64,000 nucleotides of DNA, from positions 408,358 through 472,357 of the forward strand of contig JAANOX010000085.1 of the NCBI GenBank assembly GCA_020184695.1. The letters are read 5' to 3'. This stretch comes from Histomonas meleagridis 2922-C6/04-290x. Lineage: Eukaryota; Protista; Parabasalia. Made by a program: the position numbers and the translations under genes. The notes under the pieces are model-generated. The model ran no database searches, was not told where the DNA came from, and saw only the letters and a list, made by a program, of their open reading frames with translations. This document shows, in pieces, positions 42,884 through 54,900 of this stretch; the first letter of the stretch is position 1, and each line of letters opens with the position of its first letter.

Positions 42884-45489
42884 TCATTGAAATTTCATGG
42901 AGTTCTTTTTTCTTGAAACATTGGAATTACTTAACAACGCAACAATATCTCTATGATGGTTTTTGTGTGCTATCGTTTTTGCTGTTTCATATAATTTAAA
43001 TAATTTCCAAATATTATTTTGAAATATCAAATTATTAAAATAAGTATTAAATAAAACAAATAAATATTTTTAGTTTTAACATGAATTCCTTCTTGTTCAA
43101 GAAGTACTTTAACGATTTCTGTATTACCTTTCTCTGATGCTAACATAAGTGCTGTCCATAATATTATAAATAATTTCCAAATATTATTTCGAAATATAAA
43201 ATTATTAAAATAAATATTAAATAAAACAAATAAATACTTTTAGTATTAATGTCAATTCCTTCTTGTTCAAGAAGTAATTTAACGATTTCTGTATGTCCAT
43301 TTGAAGATGCAATCATAAGTGCTGTTTCAAATAATTTAAATATTTCCCAAATATTATTTTGAAATAGAAAATTATTCAGATAAATATTAAATAAAACAAA
43401 TAAATATTTTTAGCATTAATGTCAATTCCTTCTTGTTCAAGAAGTAATTTAACGATTTCTGTATGACCATTTGAAGATGCCAATATAAGTGCTGTCCAAA
43501 ATAATTTAAATTATTTCCAAATATTATTTCTAAATATTAAATTATTTAAATAAATATTTTTAGTATTAATATTAATTCCTTTTTGTTCAAGAAGTAATTT
43601 AACTATTTCAATGTGACCTTTTTCAATTACCAGTATAAGTGCTGTTTCAAATAATTTAAATATTTCCCAAATATTATTTCGAAATACGTAATTATTCAAA
43701 TAAATATTAAATTAAATAAATAAATATCTTTAGCATTAATGTCAATTCCTTCTTGTTCAAGAAGTAATTTAACGATTTCTGTATGTCCATTTGAAGATGC
43801 AATAATAAGTGCTGTTTCAAATAATTTAAATAATTTCCAAATATTATTTCGAAATATAAAATTATTAAAATAAATATTAAATAAAACAAATAAATATCCT
43901 TGGCATTAATATCAATTCCTTCTTGTTCAAGAAGTAATTTAACTATTTCTATGTGACCATTTTTAGATGCAAACATAAGTGCTGTTTTAAAACATGTAAA
44001 TAATTTTCACATATCATTAATTAATTTTAAATGAATATTATAAATTTTGAAAGATAAAAAGTATTACTTTTAGTATTTATCTTTATAATTTTTTGCTGGA
44101 GGAGCAGTTTTATAGCTTCTATGTTTCCATTTATAGATGCATACATTAAAGGTGTTATAAATACTTTAAATTAATTCCATGTATTTATGTAATATTCTAA
44201 ATTATTATCATAAACATCAAATAAAAAAAAAATTATATCACATGTGTTGATATTCAATCCTTTTTCGAAAAAATATTTAAAAATTTCAAAATTATTTCTT
44301 TTAACAACTGAAGTTTGCGAATAATTTAATATCTGAATTCCTTCAGTAAAATGTATGATTATATATAAGTTACTACTTTGAATTGATTCATCAATAAGTA
44401 TTTTATCTATTTTCATCTTATTTTCTTCTAAAAATGATAAAATTTCAAAATTATGATATAAAATACATTTATTTCCTAATTCTTTTAACATTTCATAAGG
44501 ATATTTGAAAGTATCGTAAATGTATTTAAAGATATCATTTCTATGATATTCGATTGCTGCTTCATATGCATCTTCAAATGATGAATGATTTTGTTCACAT
44601 AAATGGATAATTTCAAGATTTCCACCTGCAACTGCATATTTACCTGTATTTTTTACATATGCTCCATTCATAAGTAAATATTTGAAACATTTAACTGATG
44701 AAAAAAATGCTGCATAATCAATTAATGTAACATTTTCTTTATTAACAAATGAACATCTTTCATAAAGTGATGGCTCAATTTTCTGGCTAAAATCAAAGTT
44801 TGTTTGTGATGATATTTCTTGAAGATTTTCTATTTCATCATTTCGAATTATCTTTGCAATACTATTTGGGTTAACTCCTTCTCTCACATATTTCCTATGA
44901 AGCTTCCAATTGTTTTTTGAAAGTTCTTCACGATTTTTATCAAACTGTTTCCAAAATGGTGCGTTTTGTTTTTTCAAAATTCTGTTAGTGGACATATTGT
45001 GTGCAAAATATAATGATCCAGAATTTTTTGTGACTTTCGGATCAATTAATTGTTGTTCAATCAATTTTTCCAAAAGAAAATTTGATTCTTGTCTATTTAA
45101 TTTAATTAAAAGCTGTGAGAAATATTCAAAAATATTAATTTTCTTTGGATTTTTATTGCTTTCTTGAACTTTTACTTTAAATAATTTTAAAAAAATTATA
45201 TACAAACTTGGATTTTTGGTGTGAATTTTATATGATGAATATAATAAACTACAAATAATATCAAAAAATGTTTCTGGGAAGCGATTATCATAATAATTTA
45301 ATGAAGATACAACTGATTTTTCAACATTTTCAATCGATAGATTCATAAAAATTTGTTCAAATAATAAAGATTTTGCTAAGAATTCTTTTTCACTTGGTGT
45401 ATGTAAAACATAATTAATTTTTTCTCTTTCCCATCTTTTTTTTGATCCAGAATTTTTTTTAACTTTCGGAACATTAATAACATTCCCAT
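42884..45489 (-). CDS. DUF3447-like plus ankyrin protein with eight interrupted repeat junctions (locus D)
   Basis: Main ORF 44171-45346, whose frame extends upstream to a 1-nt-shifted ATG at 45489; seven stop-free 87-nt ankyrin segments plus a capping segment ending TGA 42884. Confidence 0.78.
42986..44239 (-). repeat. 170-bp-period array (87-nt ankyrin segment plus 83-nt block built of 20-nt modules)
   Basis: The CAATTCCTTCTTGTTCAAGAAG-like core recurs near 43081, 43251, 43421, 43571, 43741 and 43911; one unit is 150 bp. Confidence 0.92.
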
Positions 45490-45519
45490 ATCAAAAAGAT
45501 ATCTTTTAATTTTATTAAA

Positions 45520-45526
45520 AACCGTT
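45520..45526 (+). promoter_or_regulatory. AACCGTT, M3/Myb-like element in a short divergent intergenic region
   Basis: 34 nt upstream of ATG 45560 and about 30 nt from the divergent ATG 45489. Confidence 0.45.
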
Positions 45527-45559
45527 AATAATAGAACGTTTATTTTGTATTAATAAAAA

Positions 45560-45874
45560 ATGAAACCCACAAAAAAGACGCATGACTACAAGCAACGTTA
45601 TGAAGCATTATCACAAAAATTTTGGGAATTACAACAAATACCTCAAACGAAAGAAGAAAAAGAATATGAAAATTTGATTAATGAATTAGAAGAAATGTTA
45701 AACAAATTTCAAAAAGAAATCGAAGAATTAGAATCTGAAAATAAAAAACTCCAAGCGAGCATTAATGGTATTGAATCAATTCAATTAAAATACAAAGAAT
45801 TAAAAAAACAAGAAGCCAACCTTAATAGGCTTCATGATGAGTTCATTGATTTTGGTCAGCCTTTCTTTGGCTAA
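45560..45874 (+). CDS. Small coiled-coil protein
   Basis: 104-aa ORF with heptad-like E/K/L pattern. Confidence 0.6.
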   Translation: MKPTKKTHDYKQRYEALSQKFWELQQIPQTKEEKEYENLINELEEMLNKFQKEIEELESENKKLQASINGIESIQLKYKELKKQEANLNRLHDEFIDFGQPFFG

Positions 45875-46108
45875 ATTTCCTGGTGTTGAATGGTTTTTTT
45901 GTTTATAAATAAAATCATGATTTTCATTATATATATAAGCAAAAATTTAGTTCAGCTTCGAATAACCAGAAGTCTGAAAAACTTTTTGAGGTGAAAATGA
46001 TCGGCACATATATTCAATTTAAAACCAAATAAAACGATTATTTTTCACAGAAAATAGGGAGTTTTGTGTAAGATTAATGAAAAATTCTTTTTACTTCACG
46101 TGAAAAAT

Positions 46109-46867
46109 TCACTCTGTTGTCTCTTGTGGGGCTGGTGTTGGAGCAGGAGTTGGGGATGGTTCAGCTGGGGCTGCCTCTGGGGCAGGAGCTTGTGGTTGAG
46201 CTGGTTGAGCTGGCTGAGCAGGAATTTTCAAGATGAATGCATTAGTATAAATTGCGTTCAAAAGTTCTTTCATTTGTGTATTGTTTGCGCATTTGATTTC
46301 GGAGACTTCGTTTCCTCTTTGTAATTTGAATAGACCTGCTTTTGATTGATTCCATTGTGGAGTTATCTTGAAGCTTTCATTAAGCATAATTGTACTTTGT
46401 GTTACGTTGTTCTTTTGGACGCATATTCTGTCACTATTTACTTGCCATGTAACATTACCTGAGAAAAAGCCTGGTGGCTTGACATCCCATTGACTTTGAA
46501 TTGGGGTTTTATTTGTCGTTACATTGTCACGCCATGATTTATATGCATTACAAACATTCTTGAAAAATTCAAGAATATCAAATGGATCGTAAGTAAAAAC
46601 AAAGAATGATGTTGCTGTAAAGCCATCTCCATCATAGAGTTCAAGGACATCTGGTCTATCTGGATAGTCTTTTGATGGTCGTACTCTAAGAACACCAATA
46701 TGAAATGATGTAAAAGCTTCTTTGCCGCACTCTGTCGAGATATTGAGGAAATTGTCTTTTACCTCAACCCAGAAGGGTTTCCATGTTTTGGCTCCTTGGA
46801 ACATAATGTTCAGAAACATATTGAGAATGACAAATCTGATCTTAAACCGCTCCAGAAATCTTCTCAA
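46109..46867 (-). CDS. PH-domain-like protein with PAQ/PE-rich tail
   Basis: WKPFWVEVKDNFLNIS resembles PH beta1-beta3; low-complexity C-terminus; true ATG probably 46819 or 46804. Confidence 0.55.
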   Translation of the reverse strand: MRRFLERFKIRFVILNMFLNIMFQGAKTWKPFWVEVKDNFLNISTECGKEAFTSFHIGVLRVRPSKDYPDRPDVLELYDGDGFTATSFFVFTYDPFDILEFFKNVCNAYKSWRDNVTTNKTPIQSQWDVKPPGFFSGNVTWQVNSDRICVQKNNVTQSTIMLNESFKITPQWNQSKAGLFKLQRGNEVSEIKCANNTQMKELLNAIYTNAFILKIPAQPAQPAQPQAPAPEAAPAEPSPTPAPTPAPQETTE

Positions 46868-46927
46868 ATTTCAAATTTAAAAGATCACTATGAATTTTTT
46901 GAATGACAAAAAACTGAACAATTAGGA

Positions 46928-47288
46928 TTTATAAATACTGTCATATTCTATTCACCAATTTATAATTTTTATTCAAATTTCTTTACATTAGCTAGTCCAT
47001 TAAAAGAACAAAATAACGAAAATAAGAATACAAATACAATAATTGTTATCGTAGTTTGTGTTTTGAATAGTAATTATTACTATTATCATCATTATTTATT
47101 TAATTCGCCACAATAAAAATAATAAAATAATTAGTTCAGGAGATGAATGTGAATTTCAAAGTAAAGAGCCAAAAGAATATGAAGAAGGAAATTCAGTAAA
47201 CAATTTTGAATCTGTATTTAGTACAAACTATGTCGAAGATGATCCATTTGCAAAGGATTTTAAAGAAGAAGCATTCTCAAAAGTATAA
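46928..47288 (+). pseudogene. Second detached BspA-like TM/cytoplasmic-tail fragment
   Basis: Close paralog of 40190-40550 (AAAATAACGAAAATAAGAATACAAATACAATAATTGTTATCGTAG...GAAGATGATCCATTTGCAAAGGATTTTAAAGAAGAA) with indels. Confidence 0.75.
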
Positions 47289-48033
47289 ATTTCATTGTTA
47301 AATAAATTTTCATTGATGATTAATTATTTAAAACTTATAAAATTATAAATTTAAAATTTCAAAATATTTTTGTAAAAGTTTATCATAATTTTCTTGTTGT
47401 TTTCCTAAAATGATGAGCGTTCATCAGTCAAACAATGTATAAAATAAAAAGTTTTTAGTATAGACGGTCAGCTGGATGTATGAAAGCTTACAATTTTACT
47501 TCAGCGTATTATCAAAACATAATGAGCTATTGGATGTTGCTTTATAATTTTTTTGGTTTTTGATATATTTAAAATATTTTAACATATATGAAAGATTTGT
47601 ATATACTTTGCGTCAAACAATCATAATAATTCTAAACTTTCAAATGATATAAATTTTAATTTATCGCTATTATAATGGATTTTTTCATTGATTCATTATT
47701 AAAAAACATGAAACCAATATTTTCAATGTTTTGTATGTTTTACGTTATAATTTTTATTAATTTATTACCAAGAAATAATGAAATAAATGCAATTATTTAT
47801 AAATTTTAACCGTTCCATCGTTGTGGCAATGGCGCTTCTATTTTGTTCAACGAACAAGTTCAAAATTGTTTCTATCAACAATAATTAAAACTGATAAATT
47901 TATCACAAATTATTTAATTAACAAATAAAGTATTTCATGTATTACAAACTCGAAAGTTCTGAAAACGAGTCAAAACATTTCGAAGATGTCAGTTTTTGTA
48001 AAAATAATCAAACAAAGATAGTCAATTTTATTA

Positions 48034-48423
48034 ATGATTCGCTGCAGGCTGACCGGACAAATTGTTCAACACCCCGTAATAACTCCATGCAGACACATTT
48101 TTGAAAGATCTGCTATTGAGTCTCATCTTAATAGCTCATCATTCTGTCCGGTGTGTAATCAAAATCTTTCTTTGGAATCTCTAGAAGATCTTGAATATAT
48201 TCCTATTGAAGCAACTCCAGCAACACTTCGTGAAGCATCATTTCCCTCTATAATGTCCTCTGTTCAAAATGAATGGAATGCAATCCAAGAAGAATTACAC
48301 GATCTTCGCGAAAAATTGGCAACAACGCAAAAAGAACTAGCACTTACTCTTTATGAAAATGATGCTGCTAAAAGAGTTATTGCCCGTCTTCTTGCAGAAA
48401 GAGGAGAAATTCCTGATCAATAA
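48034..48423 (+). CDS. Prp19-like U-box plus tetramerisation coiled coil, no WD40 domain
   Basis: CRLTG..PVITPCRHIFERSAIE U-box and SFPSIMSSVQNEWNA..LRE.L..TQKELALTLYENDAAKRVIARL Prp19 coiled-coil motif. Confidence 0.8.
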   Translation: MIRCRLTGQIVQHPVITPCRHIFERSAIESHLNSSSFCPVCNQNLSLESLEDLEYIPIEATPATLREASFPSIMSSVQNEWNAIQEELHDLREKLATTQKELALTLYENDAAKRVIARLLAERGEIPDQ

Positions 48424-48891
48424 ATTGTTTATTTTCCACAATGTTTACTTGCTACTGTTTTTTATTTATTATAAAAGTAAAGAAGTTAATAGAAAAGGGT
48501 ATTTGTGATAGAAAACAAATAATAGCAACTTCAAGCTCATAAAAATATTTCTTTACAGAAATATATTAATTCATTTTACTTTAACATTATTTTTAAAAAC
48601 AGTGTATGTAATTTGTTTGTTTGCGAAGAGTAGAGTAGCAAACCACACAAAACTAATCTTGTAGAAAAAAATCAAATATTTGATAGAGAAATACATTTGT
48701 GTTATTATTATTTACCAAAATAAATAAAAAGGCAAAAATTTACATTGAGTGATATTTGCCAATCATTGTTATGCGACATTTGAAAGATCTTTTCTTTATG
48801 TTGATACAAGTATATAAAAATAAAAAATTTTGTGATATTTTTGTACGTTAAACCACTTCACATCAGCATTTTTTCAAACGAAATTACAGAC

Positions 48892-48898
48892 AACCGTT
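48892..48898 (+). promoter_or_regulatory. AACCGTT, M3/Myb-like element
   Basis: About 35 nt upstream of ATG 48933. Confidence 0.45.
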
Positions 48899-48932
48899 TT
48901 AAGGATACCCCAAATAATTCCCGCAAAACACC

Positions 48933-51900
48933 ATGTTTGCCAATGAAAATATCTTAATTCCAATAATTAAAACATTTGCAAACAAGGCAGAGCCAAATCC
49001 CAAGCCAACTGAGTTTAGTAAAATTATTGATTCATCACCAATTCCAATTCTTAATAGTCAGGTTATTGAAACATTTCAAAAAAATTTTGCTGAATCAGGA
49101 AATTACATTGAATCTCTACAGTTTTTAAATGGCGTTTTCCATTATGATCTAAAAGAGGTTGAATCAATTCTTAATCTCAAAGTCCCAAGTGAAGAACTTA
49201 TTAAATATGGAAAACCGATTATTTATTCAAATGCGCTTGGATTTATTTTTTGTAATCCATCTGAAACCGATGATTATCAAACAGAATTATTAAATGTATT
49301 ACGTCTTATATTTCTTTTAACATTTGATGATTACAATGTTTCATACCCATTATACTTACTTATTTTAGAACATGGAATTAACGTAGCAGCTGAAACATTT
49401 ACTATTGATACGATCCTAATCATCTGTCAAAATCTTTTAATGCATATTCAACCAAGTCTTAAATCACTTTATATCACATTTAGTCTTCTAAAAAATGCAC
49501 CTGCATGCGAAATTAAAAAAACGCAACTCATATCAACAATCTCCAAACTTAAAAACGCATTAATTGAAGCTAACATTGATTTTGATGACCTGGAGATATG
49601 CGAATTTTTTGAGTCCAAATTAAATTCTTTAGATAATAATGATTTCATATTAATCTCATTACTTTCGAAATCACGGAATAGTAAAAATCTCCAAAAATTA
49701 TATTCAAAAATACCGTCTTTAATATATAACTTATCAAATTCGATACAAATCAAAGTCGATTCTTCATTAACAGCACATTTTCAATATTCCAAATTTACAT
49801 CACGAAACAAAGAAATTGATTGTGAATTTGAAATCAATGATTCGATAGAAAATATTTCGATTGATTCGAATTGGTACAAAGATTTGTTTCCTAATGATTA
49901 CTTAGAAAAACTTGATTCGATATTAAATATTTTTAAAGATTCTTTAAATAGTGAATATTATGAATCATTTGTTAATTCGTTTGATGAATATTTAAAGCGT
50001 AGTAACACACAAATATTTTTATCTTTTTTATATATTTTATCGAAAATCGAATCCGAATTTAACTTAACTGATAATTCATGTTCATTATTATTTCATAAAG
50101 AATTATTTAATCCAAATATTACTATTTATTTCCCGAATAATAAAAATTTCAAATTAATTTCATCATTACGAAATTGTATTATAATGAACGTGTTTAAACA
50201 TAACCCGAATTATATGAATGTTTTTTTTCAGAATTGTAAAGAATTTCCTTTTTTATTTAGTGAATTACTTATTAGAAGTTTACCATATGAAATAACACAT
50301 TTATTTACAAATAATTTTTTCAGTTGTTTTTGGAATATTGATATTTCATTAAGACAAATATATAATGAAATGAAAAACGATGATAAAGAAATTTGTGTTT
50401 CTGCTCGTTCTTCACTTTATTATTTCTTAATTGCTCTTTTAAAAATCCCTTCGTTACCATTTAAATCTACAAATACAAATAAAATTGCGGATGAAATTGT
50501 TTCTATTATATCAGAGAAAGCATTTCAAAACAAATTTTTTCATGATGTTGAATTAATTTTATTGAAACCTCAAAACAAAGAAAATGTTGTAAATAAAGGA
50601 TTACAACAAATAGGAAATTTATTAGTTATTTTAGATCATTCTAATTATATAACACCATTAAAAAATATAATTTCATCTCTTTTAGATTTAGTAATTCGAT
50701 CGATAATAAAAAATAATACAATTTCTTTCTCAGCAACACGATTAATAAATCCTTTTTTATCTTTATTAAAACATTTTCATTCACAAGAATTATTATCGAA
50801 AGTTATTGAGTTAATGTCATTAACACCATTTGAAAATGCACATCAATTATCTAAATATATAATTACAATTGAAAAGAAATTATCGCAATTAATTATACGT
50901 AAATTATTTTCTTTAGCTTCTTGTTCATTATTAGAAATCGATTTAACTAAGTTTTATATAAAGAAACCAACAATTTTTCAATTAATATTATCAATTTATT
51001 CATATTTCGAACGTACTGAAGAATTATTAAATATTATAAATAGTTTATGTGATTTTTCAAATTATAATAAAATTCAATTACATGAAGGAGAATTTGATTT
51101 ATTAATTCTTGATATATTATTAAATTATCCAAAAGATTTCCATTTTCGTGGATTTAAAATTTATAAAGTTGATAAAATTAATTTGAATTTACTTTATCTT
51201 ATTTTTGCAAAAATTTCAACTTCTATTTCAAGTATTGTAGTAGCTCAACGTTTAATGAAAGTTTTATTCCATTCGAAAATATCGGATAATTTTATGAAGT
51301 TTTTAATGCCAATACCAGAAACATTTGATAAATATCAAACTGTTTGTTATCCATTAGCAATTCAACAAATATTCTTCGAAGCTGATAATTTTAATATACT
51401 TGACTTATTACATGGTTCTACAATTGGATTTTGGTGTTATCCAGAAGAAGATTTATTTAATTTATTAAATATTAAATCAACAATTTTAAGGATTTCGTCA
51501 TTACTTGAAATATTTATCCAAGGAAACCAATTATCTTTAATAGAAAACAAAAATAAACATAACTTAATAACAATAAAATTTAATCAATGGAATCCAATAA
51601 TATTAAATTTTAAAGCTTTAAGTGAGTCGATACTTCGATTTGAGATTTTTTCTGATCCTGAAAATTCGATAAAAATTGATATTAATGTTAAAAACATTCA
51701 AGAAGATGTAGCATTAATTTTTGGTAATTTCGAATTACATAAAACAGATGATGTTAAATTATTATTATCAATTTATCAATTATCTTATTTTGTGATATTT
51801 TCTGATATGTTAACACCTAAAGAAATTGAACAATTTATTAATGATGGACATATAACAACAACTATTAATAAAAAACCTTTGTATATGTATCCCGAAAAAC

Positions 51901-54900
51901 AATTTAATCAACCTATAAATAAAACAACTGTATTTATAGAGCCTTCAGGTTATTTCCAACATTTACCAAATTTATTACATATTTTTAGAAGTGAATATCC
52001 TTTGGATTGTATTGGGCCATTATTTATAAATTTTAAGAGTTATAAAAATTATTTATTATTATTAGAAATTATTGAACAATTATTTATAACTAAAATCGAT
52101 TTAATATTTGAAATTATTTCTTTATTATTGCCAAATAATGATCCAAAAGTTTTAACTTATGATCTTTATCTTAATTTCTTTAATTCTTCGAAATATGTTG
52201 TAAATAAAAATTATTTATTTGATCATATTTTAATGAATTTCGATATATGGATTCAATCATCTAATGATGAATTATTAAAAATATTAAATCATTGGTCAAC
52301 AGAACTTTTTGATGCATTTACAAACTTATTTTTAACTGATAATTTTGTTCAAACATATTTATGTAATATTCGGATTTATTTTTATATTGATCCAATTGAA
52401 AATAATTTCATTACTAAATATAAACGAGATCCTAATTTAAATATTAATCAATCATTTGCTTATTTAATGAAGATTTTACTTAAAAGAGCTTCATTACAAT
52501 TTAATCATTCTGATTCATTAATATATTTAACAAATTTGATTAAAAGTAAAGATTCTAAAGTTGCTTTTCGATTCCTTGAAGTAATTCCTTCTTTGTTTCC
52601 TTATTCTAGTTCGAAAAATTTATGTAATTTATTACATTTAATTGATATAAAAAAGAATCCGACGTTTTTAACACCTTTAATTCATGCTTTTTATATATTA
52701 AGTGGTGATTCATTTTATAAAAACACAATTTTATTAAGTAATCAATTAAACGAAGATTTTAATTATGATATGTTTCGAGAAAACTTCGAACAATTCATTG
52801 AATTGTTTTCGATTTCAATGATGTCTGCTTTAAATTCGACTCAAAAATTACAAGATGAATTAGCAAAAACATTTTTCGAATATTCGAAAATTAAATTTAA
52901 AGTTCAACAAATTAAAAAATGTCAATTTTGGTATATTTGGCCAATATTATTTTCGGTACAAATTAATGAAATTTCATTAGTTTTAATGTGTCAAGCTTTA
53001 TCTAATATAATGTCAAAAGATTTTGATATATATTTATTAAAATCGATAATAAGTTTTTTAGATTTAATTCAAATTAGTACTGATTTAGATGTACATAATT
53101 TTGGAATTTTATTTTTAAAGTTTTTATTCCAACAATTAAAATATTCTGATTCAGATAAACTATCTGAAGGCTTAAATGAAATTTGTTTTTCTTCTTTATT
53201 TATAAAATGTGTATCTGAAACACATTCATTTGAGTTATTAAATGAATATTCGAAATCCGAATATAATAATGATAATTTCCAAATCCATCAAAAACTTAAA
53301 ACTATAAAGAATTTAAATGATTTAAAGAATTGTTATGCATTTCATTCAACAAAATTCACGCATTATTTACAACTTAAGAAAATTCAACAATTCTCTGAAG
53401 TTGAACGTGAATTTTATCGACTTTGTTTAAATGTATTACCTAAAGAAACGAAAATTTTATTTTCACATCGAATATTTCAAAGTTGTTGGAGTTATCCAAA
53501 TGCTAATCAACAAAAACGAATTGAAATCATCGAATCATTATATAAAGAAGATGAATCATTTAATGAGTTTATGAATTTATTAAGTGAAAACACATTACAA
53601 ACAGCAAATGAATTAAATAATTTCTTTAAATCACTTGAAGAACCAATTAAAAGTATAAATGAATTACAATTATCAGATCCGATATTAATTGTAATGAAGA
53701 ATCATAATCATCAAAAACAAATATCAAAATTAAAATGGCAAAAAATAGTTCAACAATATGTACATCCACGTGCTTTATTTGATTTAGATTGTTTTGTATA
53801 TAAACGCGATTTTTATTTCTCAAATTCATTTGTATCAAATCGATTAAAACGTTCTTTAACAATACCGAAAACTCGAATTAAATGTTATCCTAATCCACCA
53901 ACAAATATCATCATCACAAAGAAATGTCAACAAATAAAAATTTCCGAAATTATTTCATGTGAATTTACAATGACTACTAAATCGATTATCATTAAATATG
54001 AATATAAAGTTAAAACAATATTAAATGAATCAGTTAAATATATGTTATGTAGAAATAGATATCAAAAACCTACAGCACTAGAATTCTTTTTAACAAATAA
54101 TCGATCGATTTTATTAGATTTTGCACCAATAACTTCAAATGAAATATTACGATATGTTATAAAAGATCATTTCCCTAATTTATTAATTCTTGGGACAAAT
54201 AATTTTACAAATTTAATCGAAGAATCAAATATAATAAAAGAATGGCGTAAAATGGATATTTCTAATTTTGATTTTTTATTAAAATTAAATATATTTTCAG
54301 GTCGTTCATTTCATGATCCAGAGAATTATATAATATTTCCTTGGATAATTATAGGTCCTAATAAAGAATTTCGAGATTTGAATTTACCAATGGCAGCACA
54401 AACACAAACAAAAATCGATTATTATCGACAAATGTTAATCATTAATAAAAATAATCCGGATGGTGCATATGTATTTGGTTCTGCTCCTTCAAGCGCTATG
54501 TTATTAGCTTATTATTTAGTTCGCCAAAATCCTTTTACTAATTTACATTTACAAATTCATGATGGACATTTCGATAGTTTAGAACGATTATTTCGTTCAA
54601 TTGATAATTATTTTGTCGGATTAAATCAAAGTGATGAATCACGTGAATCTATACCTGAGTTTTATTCTATGCCTGAAGCGTTTTATCAATTTAATAAAGA
54701 AAACGAATTAAATTCATTAGAAATCCCAAATTGGGCTAATAATAATATTTATGATTATATATACTTAAGTAAAAAAGCTCTCGAATCTAATGAAGTTTCT
54801 TCACATTTAAATCAATGGATTGACTTATTGTTTGGTAGATGTCAATCTGGAGAAGAAGCTATCAAAAGATGTAATTTGTTTTTACCTTATTTATATAATA

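Noticed and set aside
42730-42900. Weak ubiquitin/SUMO-like frame (MRVTEPMRKLCQLLE*KTG) after locus D
   Set aside because: Short, interrupted by a stop, and the similarity is only impressionistic.
43326-43408. Single canonical GT-AG intron per ankyrin block (TT|GTTTT...ACAG|CA)
   Set aside because: It leaves the downstream segment out of frame, and the AG is missing at several junctions (ACTG, ACAC), so it cannot be general.
42986-44239. CRISPR-like array
   Set aside because: The repeats are ankyrin-coding, the spacers are homologous to one another, there are no cas genes and the context is eukaryotic.
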